Of a stretch of 64,000 nucleotides of DNA, positions 39,395 through 51,835 are shown piece after piece. Under the pieces are notes generated by a model, which saw only the letters and a program-made list of their open reading frames with translations, did no database searches and was not told the origin of the DNA. The position numbers were made by a program, and so were the translations under genes. Every line of letters starts with the position of its first letter. Within the stretch, counting starts at the first letter, position 1. The stretch is from Chrysomallon squamiferum. Lineage: Eukaryota; Animalia; Mollusca. The stretch is from positions 3,658,001-3,722,000 of the forward strand of contig CM022678.1 of the NCBI GenBank assembly GCA_012295275.1, written 5' to 3'.

Positions 39395-39832
39395 TCATTT
39401 ATTAGTTAGCATAGTTGTCCAGTTAACTGGGTCTTCGATTGGCGGAAAGAAAAAGTGGGTGGGAACAAACCAATTAATTAGCCAATAGTTTCCAAACACG
39501 CTTCTGAATTTCTCACCAATTGTTCTCCTGTCAACCAACCTGGTTCTTTTCTTCTTGGAATTATTTTCAAACGTAGTTATCCCCCTTGTTATCAGATAAA
39601 TATGTTCGGTGAAAAATTTTGCACTGAGAAGAACGCAGTAGAAATGTAGTGACGTAATAGAGACGTAAACGGCAACAGTCAGTGACGTATAGCCCATGAT
39701 ACAGCGGACAAGAGCAGAGAGAGCAAAAGTGTCGACGTAATTCATGGAAGACCAAAGAATTTGATGGATGAAGACGAGAAGATGGAGAAAACAGTAACTG
39801 CTTCCCATCAGCGTCCAGAAACAAAATATGAC
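39395..39832 (-). pseudogene. 3' fragment of DHHC palmitoyltransferase (copy A), lacking the DHHC motif
   Basis: Near-identical to the C-terminal ~145 aa of copies B and C. Truncated at an inversion junction at ~39830. Confidence 0.9.
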
Positions 39833-40574
39833 TCGGATTTGAAAGTAAAGAGTTACAAACGCAACAACGACGAGGATGAAGAAATATTCACAATTTCCAG
39901 ACTTTGATGAGCTGTGCTAACAAACGATATTTTTTTTTTAAATATTTTTATGTCACCAGTTTTTCTTTCTCTCTCTTTTTTATTCTGCTTTTTTTTTCTG
40001 TTTACTTTATTTATTTTATTTCGTTTCATTTATTTCTCTTCTTTTATTTATTTATTTATTTATTTTCTTTTATTTTATTTACTTTGTTTATCTTCTTTTA
40101 TTTATTTATATATTTATTTATTTACGTATTTACTTATTTTACTTTATTTATTTTTTATTTGTTTTTTCATTCAGAACGTTTTCATCTGAAATACACTTGT
40201 CCATATATATATATATATTTCATATTTGTGTCTATCTTCTTGGCGTATATTAACATATGTCTGCCTGTCCTTTAGTAAAGGGTGTCCGTGTGTGCCAGAG
40301 TGTGTAATGGTGCATTAAATACCTGCGAGAATATATTTGTTCCGAGAGTGTGTTGTAGGTGTGTATGTTCGTATCTCTGTTTGTATGTATGTATAATATG
40401 CATTGATGGATGCCACAATGTAACATTATTGATATCCAACCACGTAATCCATATAATTGTTTGAATAAATCAGTAAATATACTTGTAAAAGTTATTATTA
40501 TCATTATCATCTTTATCATCATCATCATAATTCATCGCTAGTGTTATGATTCTTAATATTATCTCTGTCTCTTG

Positions 40575-40697
40575 CCTCTGCTCTGGTCCTACACGAAATG
40601 TGACGTCACAAGCGATGCCATTTTCAAACATGTGTAAATTGGTGTCTGCAAACCCTTCTGATGATTGCCAGTTCTTTCCATTATCATCCGTTGACAT
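40575..40697 (-). pseudogene. 5' fragment of a BTB-BACK-PHR paralog
   Basis: MSTDDNGKNWQSSEGFADTNLHMFENGIACDVTFRVGPEQR matches ~1803-1926, then breaks into unrelated sequence. Confidence 0.9.
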
Positions 40698-40927
40698 CTT
40701 TTTTTTTCTTTATAATAAGGCTTCCCAAACTGAAATATATATACATATATATAGATCAAATATTGATACAGAAATATTTGATTTCTAAATACGTTATTTT
40801 GTCACCAACGTGATTTGTTCCGGGAATCAATTTTATAACTAAATTCTACATACGTAGCCTTGAGGCAAATGTTTTCTTACCGTTCGACTAAGATAAAAGT
40901 CTTATACCATTTATTTATTAATTATTA

Positions 40928-41013
<86 letters not shown>

Positions 41014-41069
41014 AAATTATTATTATTAACTTTGGACATCTTTCTTTAAGTAAAATCATAATAACAATG

Positions 41070-41138
<69 letters not shown>

Positions 41139-43211
41139 TACGAAGAGAATAACCTAAAAATTTAAAATGTAAAAAATAAAAAAACAAAAGATAGAATGTT
41201 TTTTTTTAAATAAAAATAAAATAAAATAAATACTAACAATAATAGCAATAACAACACCAATAATAATACCAACAACAACAACAACATCAACAACAATAAT
41301 ACAGAAGGAAATCGAAACTTTATAACTGACTAATACAACTGATAAATAAAGTCAGTTTAATCCTCCATCTTGTAAATTAATATTATTATTGTACAGAATT
41401 ATAAATTAATTAGATAACAGAAAATTTATTTCCTCAATGTTTGATTTCTAATTTTAAAACAGTGTTGTAATTTACTTGACTAGTTATCGTGGCGTTTCCA
41501 ATGGTGTGATTTGTATCTATTTATAGATCACCTCGGTGTACATGTAAATTGTTATCTATGAAGAAACATCCCACTAATCAGTTGAATTCATTACATTGAT
41601 AATACAAATATTATTTACCATGACTTAGTGTCAGACATAACATATATTTATTTTAATATCATCATTTATTAATGTTTCTCTTTCCTGCACCTCTCAAAAT
41701 CTTTTTCGAATATTTTTATACATCTGATCTTAATAAGGTTGACACCGGTTTATTAGTTATATGGTTGTTCAAGGAAAGAACGCCTGCACTTCCTTGTCGA
41801 TATCAACTTGTTTTTCTTCAAAAAATTCATTCCTTACGGTAAGTCAGTAATTTATAAATTAATTTGATAAAAGAAAATTTATTTTCTTAATGTTTGATTA
41901 ATAATTTTAATATAGTGTTGTAATTTACCGGATTAGTCATCGTGGAGTTTCCAATCCTGTGACTTGTATCTATTTATAGGTCACCTCGGTGTATACGTAA
42001 ATTGTTATTTATGAAGAAACATCCCACTAATCAGATGAATTCATTAGACTGATAATAACAAAATTATTTACCATGATTTGTGTCAGACATCAGATATATT
42101 TAATTTATTATCATCATTTATTAATTTGTCTCTTTTCTCGACCTTACAAAATCTTTTTCTCATATTTTATACATCTGATCTTAACAAGGTTGACACCGGT
42201 TTATTAGTTATATTGTTGGGACAGGAAAGAACGCCAACACTTCCTTGTCGATATCAACTTGTTTTTCCTTGAAAAAATTCATTTCTTACAGTAAGTCAGT
42301 AATTTTGTGATCTTTAAGGGGTTTATACTTTCGATTAGAAACAAATACGACATCAGAAAATATATTTACTGTAAAATCAGAGTTAAAGTTAAATGTTCTA
42401 CGTCTTAGTTTCACTTTCGAAAATATCTCTTAGTAAGGATTAATAATAATAATTATAATAATGATGATACAACAACAACAACAACAACAACAACTACTAC
42501 TACTACTACCACTAGTAATAATAATGATAATAATAATAATAATAACAAGAACAACAACAACAACAACTACTACACCACCAGCAGTAGTGATTATTATTAT
42601 TGTTGTTGTTGTTTAATTAGTTTTTATCAAGTTACTAGCAATTAAAATTAACATTTTAACTATATATATTTTTTTTTCTCTAATTATACTAACGTATTTT
42701 ATTCGGTTTTCATAATTGAATAATGATAACCATTGTATGTAGGCACATAACAGACTTGCAGTTTACCAAATTAGAAAATAATTCTTATGGAAGGACATAC
42801 ACAGTCTACGATCACTCTTTCCAAACCTCTGCCCCACTGAACTTATTACTGTACAGAATTTTAAATTAAATTTATAAATAAAAAAAAAAAATAATAATTG
42901 GTTTTCGCAGTGTTTGGTTAAATGTTTTAAAAAACATTGTACAGATTATAATTTAATTATCGCGGAGTTTCTGATGACGTGATTTTTATCTATTTATAGG
43001 TCAACCGGTGTATACGTAAACACTTGTCTATGAAGAAAGATCTTTCAATTATTTGATAAAATGATAAATAAAAATATTATTTACCATAACCTATCCCTTT
43101 TATACTTTGAAATAAAAACAAAAATGGCATCACAAGCTATATTTACTACAGAAACAGAGTTAATAATAAATTTTCACTTTCGAAAATAACTTTTAATAAG
43201 GATTATTACTG

Positions 43212-43303
<92 letters not shown>

Positions 43304-43565
43304 GCTGCTTTTATTATTTATTTATTTAATTTTTTATTTCTGTTATTCACCACCATCGTGATTTTATATCTCACTAAATATGGATAAAAAAACAACAACA
43401 ACAAAGAAACATCAACAGCAAAAAAGAGACGAAAACAAATGAAAAATTAAACTATAATAAAATAAACCAGCCATATTGTAACATCGTGAACCAGTTCCAC
43501 GTTTTATTCATCCATTCATATCACGTGACAAGTGTATTTAGGAAGCCCGTGTGAAAAATATGATT

Positions 43566-43597
<32 letters not shown>

Positions 43598-43947
43598 CTA
43601 ATACTAAGACAAATCTATCTAATTGAGGTTTTCAGTGTAAGAAACTGATTTCTTTTTTCCTGTTTTCCTTTACATATTTGGTATTATATTCCTTTAAATC
43701 CAGCAATTTAGAATTAACTAAATATTTTCTTACACATCACTATTACGGGCAGCAAAACGATATAAACATTTTTTTTTTTTTTTTAATTACAAAAGGAATG
43801 ATGTATTGTATATCGGTATTAAATTACTATAATTATATCACTTTAATAGTTGTTTCCTTTCAGTTTCAGTAATTAAACAGCAACAATAGTAACAGTACAA
43901 CCTCACGAAAACTGAAAGAATTAAGAAAAAGATCACAAAACCGATTA

Positions 43948-45241
43948 ATGATGGATCGAAACGAAGACTGGCAGACGAGAAAAACACTGGCGCAGACCAA
44001 CTTGTACATGCTAGAGAACGAGATTGCGTGTGACGTCACCTTCAGAGTTGGGTCATCAAGGGAGGTTATTCGTGCACACAAGTTCATAATGATCAGTCGT
44101 AGTCACGTGTTTGCTACAATGTTCACTGGTGTGATGGCAGAAACAGGAGAGGTAGATATCCCGGATGTTGACGCCACAGTTTTCAAGTTGTTTCTGAGGT
44201 AAAAGTTCAAATGTCAACATATTTGAATTTGTTTGTTTGTTTACTTATTTACTAGTATAAAGGACTTTTTCTTTTATATGGATATAGTACAGTCTTTTAT
44301 TAGTACATTTTTATATATGTATTTGTGTGTGTGAGTGTGCTTGTTGGCATTCATACATATATGTATTTAAGAATTAAAGCACGCACTGGCAGAGGAAGTT
44401 TATTACAGGGTGCTTTGGTCTTGTGTATTTATGTCGTTTCTGTTGCTAGTTCTCTTACTATTGCAACTTTCACTGTTGTAGATTTTTGTACACCAACGAG
44501 ATAAAAGTAATACCTGACAGTGTTATGCATTTGCTATGTCTGGCCAAGAAATACAGCACCGGAACCCTCGAAGATATCTGCTCTAAATACTTACAAACAT
44601 CCCTGACTGCAGAAAATGCCTGCACGATACTAGAACAGGCCAAGTTTTACGGCGTAAAGGAACTGGAAAATAGAGCGATGGACTGCATCATGAAGAAAGG
44701 TAAGGAAGCTGTGAAAGGTTCTGACTTTTTCAATTTGTCGCAGTCGTCACTCCTGGAAGTTGTGAAAAATGATGATTTTGAAGTTGAAGAGAAGGACGTG
44801 TTCAACGCCGTGTTTGAATGGGCGAAGAATCGGTGTCAGAAGGACAACGTGGATGTGAATACCGAGTCTTTAAGAAAAGTACTTGGAGACGTCGTCCAGC
44901 AAATTCGTTTTCCCATGATGGACAGAGAATTTGTTGTTAAAACTGTTGGACCGAGTCGTATGCTCACTGACAAAGAACGCCTGATGATTATTGACCACAT
45001 GATTTGTAAAGATCTTCCCATCGCACCATTTAGTGATAAGAGAAGAAAATTATACGCGTGCGCCAAATGCGGTTTTGATCATAATACTGAGTTCAGGATA
45101 TGTAACAGTTGTAATTATTGTAAATTATGCCGCGTGCAAGCGATAAACCCGCAACAGGACTATGTCAGATACGATCCCGCACTCTGTTTCCAACCGCCTG
45201 TATGCAGAGTATACTGTCGAAAGTGTGGACACACAAAATAG
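43948..45241 (+). CDS. BTB-BACK protein with C-terminal Cys zinc fingers, copy B
   Basis: Exons 43948-44198 and 44482-45241, intact frame, close paralog of copy A. Confidence 0.9.
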
Positions 45242-45284
45242 AATGAGAGTGAAAAGTTTAAAGAGAATTGAAATGCCTAGACAC

Positions 45285-45321
<37 letters not shown>

Positions 45322-45888
45322 TATTTGCACAAACACACACGTCCCATATACGTGTATGAAATCGGTGTTGGTGTTTACATACATACATATATAGATACAC
45401 TCATACATACTGACATAAGTGTATACCTTAGAGCCTGTATTTATTAAATTCACGCCGTTTTGTCTGTTCGTCTGCTTATTTACGAAATATTCACAGTTAA
45501 TCTAATTAGCTAGCGTAGCAAAAGCTTCATACACTTGTTTATTATATAACGAAATAGAATCACTTGTTATAAATCACTAACGGATTTATTTGTAAACTTA
45601 GTTCATAAGAGGGCTGAAACTGATCACTGATTGTATGTTTTCAAGTCTGTCGTAGAGAACAAATAAAAACTGTTGTTTATTCGTTGGAGTGGCCCTTTTA
45701 TACATTTAACAAAATGAAATAATTATGACAACCATGTTCAAGTATTAACAAGCATTAAAGTCTTTAAACAAGAAATAAATTATAGAAACCACCAATTGAC
45801 TGAACTGTTAGCTTGTTCCTCACAATTCATATATAAGATACTAATTAAATATGATTCACAAACACGTTTTAAAGCATGCGTGTGTCAG

Positions 45889-47034
45889 TCATTTATTACT
45901 TAGCATAGTTGTCCAGTGAACGGGGTCTTCGATTGGCGGAAAGAAAAAGTGGGTGGGAACAAACCAATTAATTAGCCAATAGTTTCCAAACACGCTTCGG
46001 AATTTCTCACAAATTGTTCTCCTGTCAACTAATCTCGTTCTTTTCGTCTTGGAATTATTTTCAAAGGTAGTTATCCCCCTTGTTATCAGATAAATATGTT
46101 CGGTGAGAAATTTTGCACTGAGAAGAACGCAGTAGAAATGTAGTGACGTAATAGAGACGTAAACGGCAACAGTCAGTGACGTATAGCCCATGATACAGCG
46201 GACAAGAGCAGAGAGAGCAAAAGTGTCGACGTAATTCATGGAAGACCAAAGAATTTGATGGATGAAGACGAGAAGATGGAGAAAACAGTAACTGCTTCCC
46301 ATCAGCGTCCAGAAACAAAATATGACGAAGTATCTATGGTTTCTCCAGCCGATGCACGAGCCTGAGAAATAACAGTGATGATCTCGTTTTAAGACACACA
46401 CTTTACAGACAGGACAGTGATGACACCGCGGAGGCATGACGTCATTACAGACACAACAGAAACCGTGCAGCCCGTGCGACCCAGAATCGAAACTTCTGTG
46501 CGATTTTTCCGAATCAGTGTCGTCCACGTGATCCTGAATTTGAACTGAAAAATGTACTTTTGAATTACGCGGAATGTTAACATTACAAACAGCTTCTTTC
46601 GACATTCCCGTTTTCGCATTACTTTTGATTGCTGAATTTATATTATTTAGATAATTTCTTTCAAAGATGGATGCATACGGTAACGAGGCTCTTTCTCGGA
46701 GAAGATTTTTACACGTGGAGTCGACGAAACGAACGCCACACCAGGAAATAAAAATCTGAAAGAGGAGAAACGTTCCAATGTACACTGGCATTTTCTCCTC
46801 CCCGTACAAAACAGGCGCCACTTCCGTCACTCCGTAATACCACGTGACCAATGACGTTGTAAGCAGAAGAGGTACAGGAAGCGGAAGTTTCGCCATATAT
46901 TGCGTCCAGGCTTCAACTCGATCGTGGAATTTCTTTGATTTGTGTCTGTAGTGACTCTTCAGTTTCGCTGACAAACTTGTGTTCTCCAAGTGATTTGAGT
47001 TTTCTGAGTGAATAACAAGGCTGGGTTTTTCTAT
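45889..47034 (-). CDS. DHHC palmitoyltransferase (ZDHHC22/24-like), copy B
   Basis: CCVCNDVMPPRCHHCPVCKVCVLKRDHHCYFSGSCIGWRNHRYF, four hydrophobic segments and a TTFE motif. Acceptor at 47037-47038. First in-exon Met is at 46896 (MAKLP). Confidence 0.9.
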   Translation of the reverse strand: MEKPSLVIHSENSNHLENTSLSAKLKSHYRHKSKKFHDRVEAWTQYMAKLPLPVPLLLTTSLVTWYYGVTEVAPVLYGEEKMPVYIGTFLLFQIFISWCGVRFVDSTCKNLLRERASLPYASIFERNYLNNINSAIKSNAKTGMSKEAVCNVNIPRNSKVHFSVQIQDHVDDTDSEKSHRSFDSGSHGLHGFCCVCNDVMPPRCHHCPVCKVCVLKRDHHCYFSGSCIGWRNHRYFVIFCFWTLMGSSYCFLHLLVFIHQILWSSMNYVDTFALSALVRCIMGYTSLTVAVYVSITSLHFYCVLLSAKFLTEHIYLITRGITTFENNSKTKRTRLVDRRTICEKFRSVFGNYWLINWFVPTHFFFPPIEDPVHWTTMLSNK

Positions 47035-47156
47035 ATCTAAAAAGAATAAGAAACAGAAATACATGAATAGAATGTACATGGGACTGGAATCATGTTTTAA
47101 CATATTATTGTCATATACAATACTTTTTGCTTGTACATATATTTTTACCTATACTG

Positions 47157-47194
<38 letters not shown>

Positions 47195-47724
47195 CACACA
47201 CACAGATACACAAAATATTTGTATAAACATATATACATATACACACATGCAAACATACATAGATACATACATACATACATACATACATACATACATACAT
47301 ACATACATACATACACACACAGACACAGATACACACGCACACACATATATGTATAAATTTATGTATATATTCAGTATATTATCAAATAGATGTGAAAATT
47401 CGTATCCACTTACCAGGTAGAGACATATTTTCATCTATTCAGCTTGTACGTTATTTTGCACGGTTTATAAACTGTACATGGAATAGATTCGCTATAAAGA
47501 ATTACATATTCAAGAATAAAAAACCAGTCAGGTGTTTCCACTGCTTCAAGTCAACTTAGATTTATCAAGTGAATTTACCTTTCACCTGCTTCAGTAATCC
47601 TACCTTTAACAATGCACAAATATAAAGGCGCGGTCACACCGCACAATATATGCGGATAGTTTCTGGATTGGTAATAATATAAATACTATCTGACACTGTG
47701 ATTATATATATGCACATGTTTGTT

Positions 47725-47824
<100 letters not shown>

Positions 47825-48115
47825 AATATCAGAACAGTACATATACGTAAAGAATATTTGTAATATGTAAACTAAATGTATTGGATGTCCAAATAAACTT
47901 CGGGAAATAAATATTTAATATTTATTTATTTGTAGTTGCTTTTTATTAAGTAATTAACTTGTTATTATTTTTGTTTTATAAAACCAAACATTCTGTTACG
48001 AGCAATCGCCCTCTGTTAACGCACCTTTACACTTACAATGATCAATGAACGGATTTGGCTTTTAAACCTTATTCCCTGGCAAACTACCAAATCAGTGAGA
48101 ACAGGCTACAGTTCA

Positions 48116-48162
<47 letters not shown>

Positions 48163-48846
48163 GATGAAGATGATTATAATAATATTAAGAAGAATAGCAT
48201 TAGTGATGAATATGATGAGGATGATAAAGATGATAATAATAACTTTTAAAAGTATATTTACTCATTTATTCAAACAGTTATATGGATTACGTGGTTGGAT
48301 ATCAATAATGTTACATTGTGGCATCCATCAATGCATATTATACATACATACAAACAGAGATACGTACATACACACGTACACACACACTCATGCACCAAAT
48401 ATATTCTCGCAGGTATTTAATGCACCATTACACACTCTGGCACACACGGACACCCTTTACTAAAGAACAGACAGACATACGTTAATATACGCCATGAAGA
48501 TACACACAGATATGAAATTATATATATATATATATATATATATGGACAAGTGTAATTCAGATGAAAACGTTCTGAATGAAAAAACAAATAAAAAATAAAT
48601 AACGTAAAATAAATAAATTCATTAATAAATAAATAAATAAATAAGTAACTAAATAAATAAAAGAAGATAAACAAAGTAAATAAAATAAAATAAAATAAAT
48701 AAATAAATAAAAGAAGAGAAATAAATGAAACGAAATAAAATAAAAAAGTAAACAGAAACAAAAAAGAAGAAGAAAGAGAGAGAGAGAAAAAAAAAATGGT
48801 GACATAAAAATATTTTTTAAAAAAAATCGTTTGTTAGCACAGCTCA

Positions 48847-49763
48847 TCAAAGTCTGGAAATTGTGAATATTTCTTCATCCTCGTCGTTGTTGCGTTTGTA
48901 ACTCTTTACTTTCAAATCCGAGTCGTCTGTTCGACTTTCTAAGTATCTGGCGACGATGTAAGCGATAACGTAGAAGGACAAACCAACGAATCTAAAACCA
49001 CACTCCAAACCCTTCAACCAGTACCGCAGACTGGGCAGGTCGTACAGCTGACACGCGCCTCGATTGCCGCACGTGCTCTTCCAAATGAGGCACGTGCCGT
49101 CGATGACGTAACCGAAGAGAATGGGCGCTGGTAAGAAACCTGGAGACAGAATAGCAATAAATAAGTTTTTGTTAGAGACATGTTTTAATGGCTGAGAGTA
49201 ACACTACTGATCAACTGTAATAATGTGAGATGTATGATTGTCTTTAGTTTTCTAGGATAAGTATTAATATTATCGTACATACCAAGAAGTGAAATGAGAA
49301 ATGAAAACAGCGCCATTGCCATTGTTTTGTCCTTATCGGGCACGCTCCTGTGAATATAAGAACATCGACTTTTAATTTAGAACATTTAGTCTCGTATATA
49401 TTTTATATTCTTCTAAGTTATCTTTGGCGATAAATTGTTATTTATAAATATAACAAGCTATGTACAATACTCTCATTTTCTTCATTTTCCTGACGTCATT
49501 TCACATTGAAAAATGACGTCATGAAAAAAATGAAGCAAACCGCAGTCATAGCTATCTTTATATAGAATTTCACTTAATCATTAAAGGAACACTTTAAACT
49601 GAGCGTCATCTGTGGTGAGATAACTGTGGGTTATCTCCGCGTTTACCTCAATGAGACCGCTCAGCAGGTCACCAGTGACGTAATAATACAAGTAGCGACA
49701 GTCAGGTTCGCAGAGCCCGGCCGTCGCAGTTCCTCCTGGAATTACGGAGCACCCTCCAAAATT
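48847..49763 (-). pseudogene. Duplicated last three exons of the SLCO/OATP gene
   Basis: Exons 48847-49139, 49283-49347 and 49647-49763 copy 59185-60137. There is a 38-bp frameshifting deletion at 49650/49651, and no upstream exons. Confidence 0.9.
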
Positions 49764-50101
49764 CTGAAATAAACAAAATACACAGAATACACATCATACA
49801 GGTGACAGCAATATTTCCTGCTGTGACATCACTATGTATTCAAAATGACGCCATAAGAACTTACTTTATTTAATATATTTTTCTCTGTTATCTAATATAC
49901 CAAAAAGAGACACATAGAAAATGTAATACTTTGAAGGTATTATATTGTTGGTGTTAAATCTGTGTTAAGAATGTGAAAAATGAAGGAGACCGCAGTGAGC
50001 TATGTTTGTTGTTTTTATGTATTTTGTAATACTTCATTATTATAAAAGATTGGTCCACGTCGAAGTACAATAATAATTGGATGTTCATCAGATGATTCAG
50101 A

Positions 50102-50140
<39 letters not shown>

Positions 50141-51203
50141 GCTACTACTACTACTTCCCAGTCTCAGTCACCCGGACTTTATGGTCCTTATCGTGTCCCC
50201 AGTTCCTAAAACTTATTTCTATCACTCTCATCGTACTTCAGAAAAGTCATCTGGAATTACATACAGTGCTTTTAAAATTTAGATTTAAGCTAATCGTTCA
50301 TAGTACAAGTCACACTTCAAGTGTCTTTGTTACTAAGATACCGAAACTTCATAGTTGACTAGAACAACTGATAAATAAAGTCAGTATATCCTTCCATCTT
50401 GTTTATTATTATTATTATTATTATTATTATTTTATTTATTTTATTTATTTATTTATTTATATTTCATTTTTTTCTTAAGCGATGGTGATAGAATTTACCT
50501 GATTACTTATGTGAGAAGTTTCCTGTGGTGTGATCTGTATATATTTATAGATCACCCCGATATATATATATATATATATATATACGAAAAAACATCCGAC
50601 TAATCATGTGTCAGTAAAGTTGTTATCATCATTTGTAACTTTGCCCTTCTCCACCTCCATCCAAAGTATTTCTCGTATATTGTTGTTCATGTGATATCAG
50701 AAAGGTGGACCCAGGTTTATTAGTTATATTCATGTTGAAGGACAGAACGCCCACCGTAAGTCAGGTAGTTTTGTAATTTTAAAGATTTATACTTTCAGAT
50801 GAAAACAAGTTCAATATATTTACTGTAAAAACAAAGTTAAAATTAAATTTTCAACGTCTGACTTTCACTATCGAAAATACCCCTTAGAAAGGATGAATAA
50901 TAATAATCATAATAATAATAATAATAAAAATAATTGTTATTGTTATTATCATTATCATTATTATTATTATCATTATATATATACATTGTATGTATGGTAA
51001 TACACTCTTAAATTCTTCCATTTCGATTTATTCAATTAAAGTTTTAGGCATTACCATTTGAAAACGATATGAAAAATTTTAGTCCTCCTTTTTTTTTACT
51101 ACAGAAATGATACATTATATTTCTACAATTATATCACTTCAATAGTTGATTCCTTTCAGTTTCAGTAATTAAACAGCAACAGCAGTAACAACGATAGCAT
51201 CAT

Positions 51204-51793
51204 ATGGCGTCAAGAAAACCCAATGTATCAAGCAGTACCACGTCACGAAAACTGAAAGAATTAGGAAAAAGATCACAAAATCGATTAATGATGGATCCAA
51301 ACGGAGACTGGCAGACGAGAAAAACACTGGCGCAGACCAACTTGTACATGCTAGAGAACGAGATTGCGTGTGACGTCACTTTCAGAGTTGGGTCATCAAG
51401 GGAGGTTATTCGTGCACACAAGTTCATAATGATCAGTCGTAGTCACGTGTTTGCTAAAATGTTCACTGGTGTGATGGCTGAAACAGGAGAGGTAGATATC
51501 CCGGATGTTGACGCCACAGTTTTCAAGTTGTTTCTGAGGTAAAAGTTCAAATGCCAATATGCTTTGAATTTGTTTGTTTGTTTGTTTACGTATTTAGTGG
51601 TATATATATGTATTTTTGTTTTATTGGGTTATTATAATAGAATACGCCTATGTGTGTTCGTACATTTATATGTTTGTATGAATGTACGGAGGTACGTATG
51701 CATATGTGCATGTGTATGATTACCACGATTCTGTACGTACGTACATGTGTATGTGTGTTTGTATGTGCGAATAGTATGAATATAATATGTACA

Positions 51794-51835
<42 letters not shown>

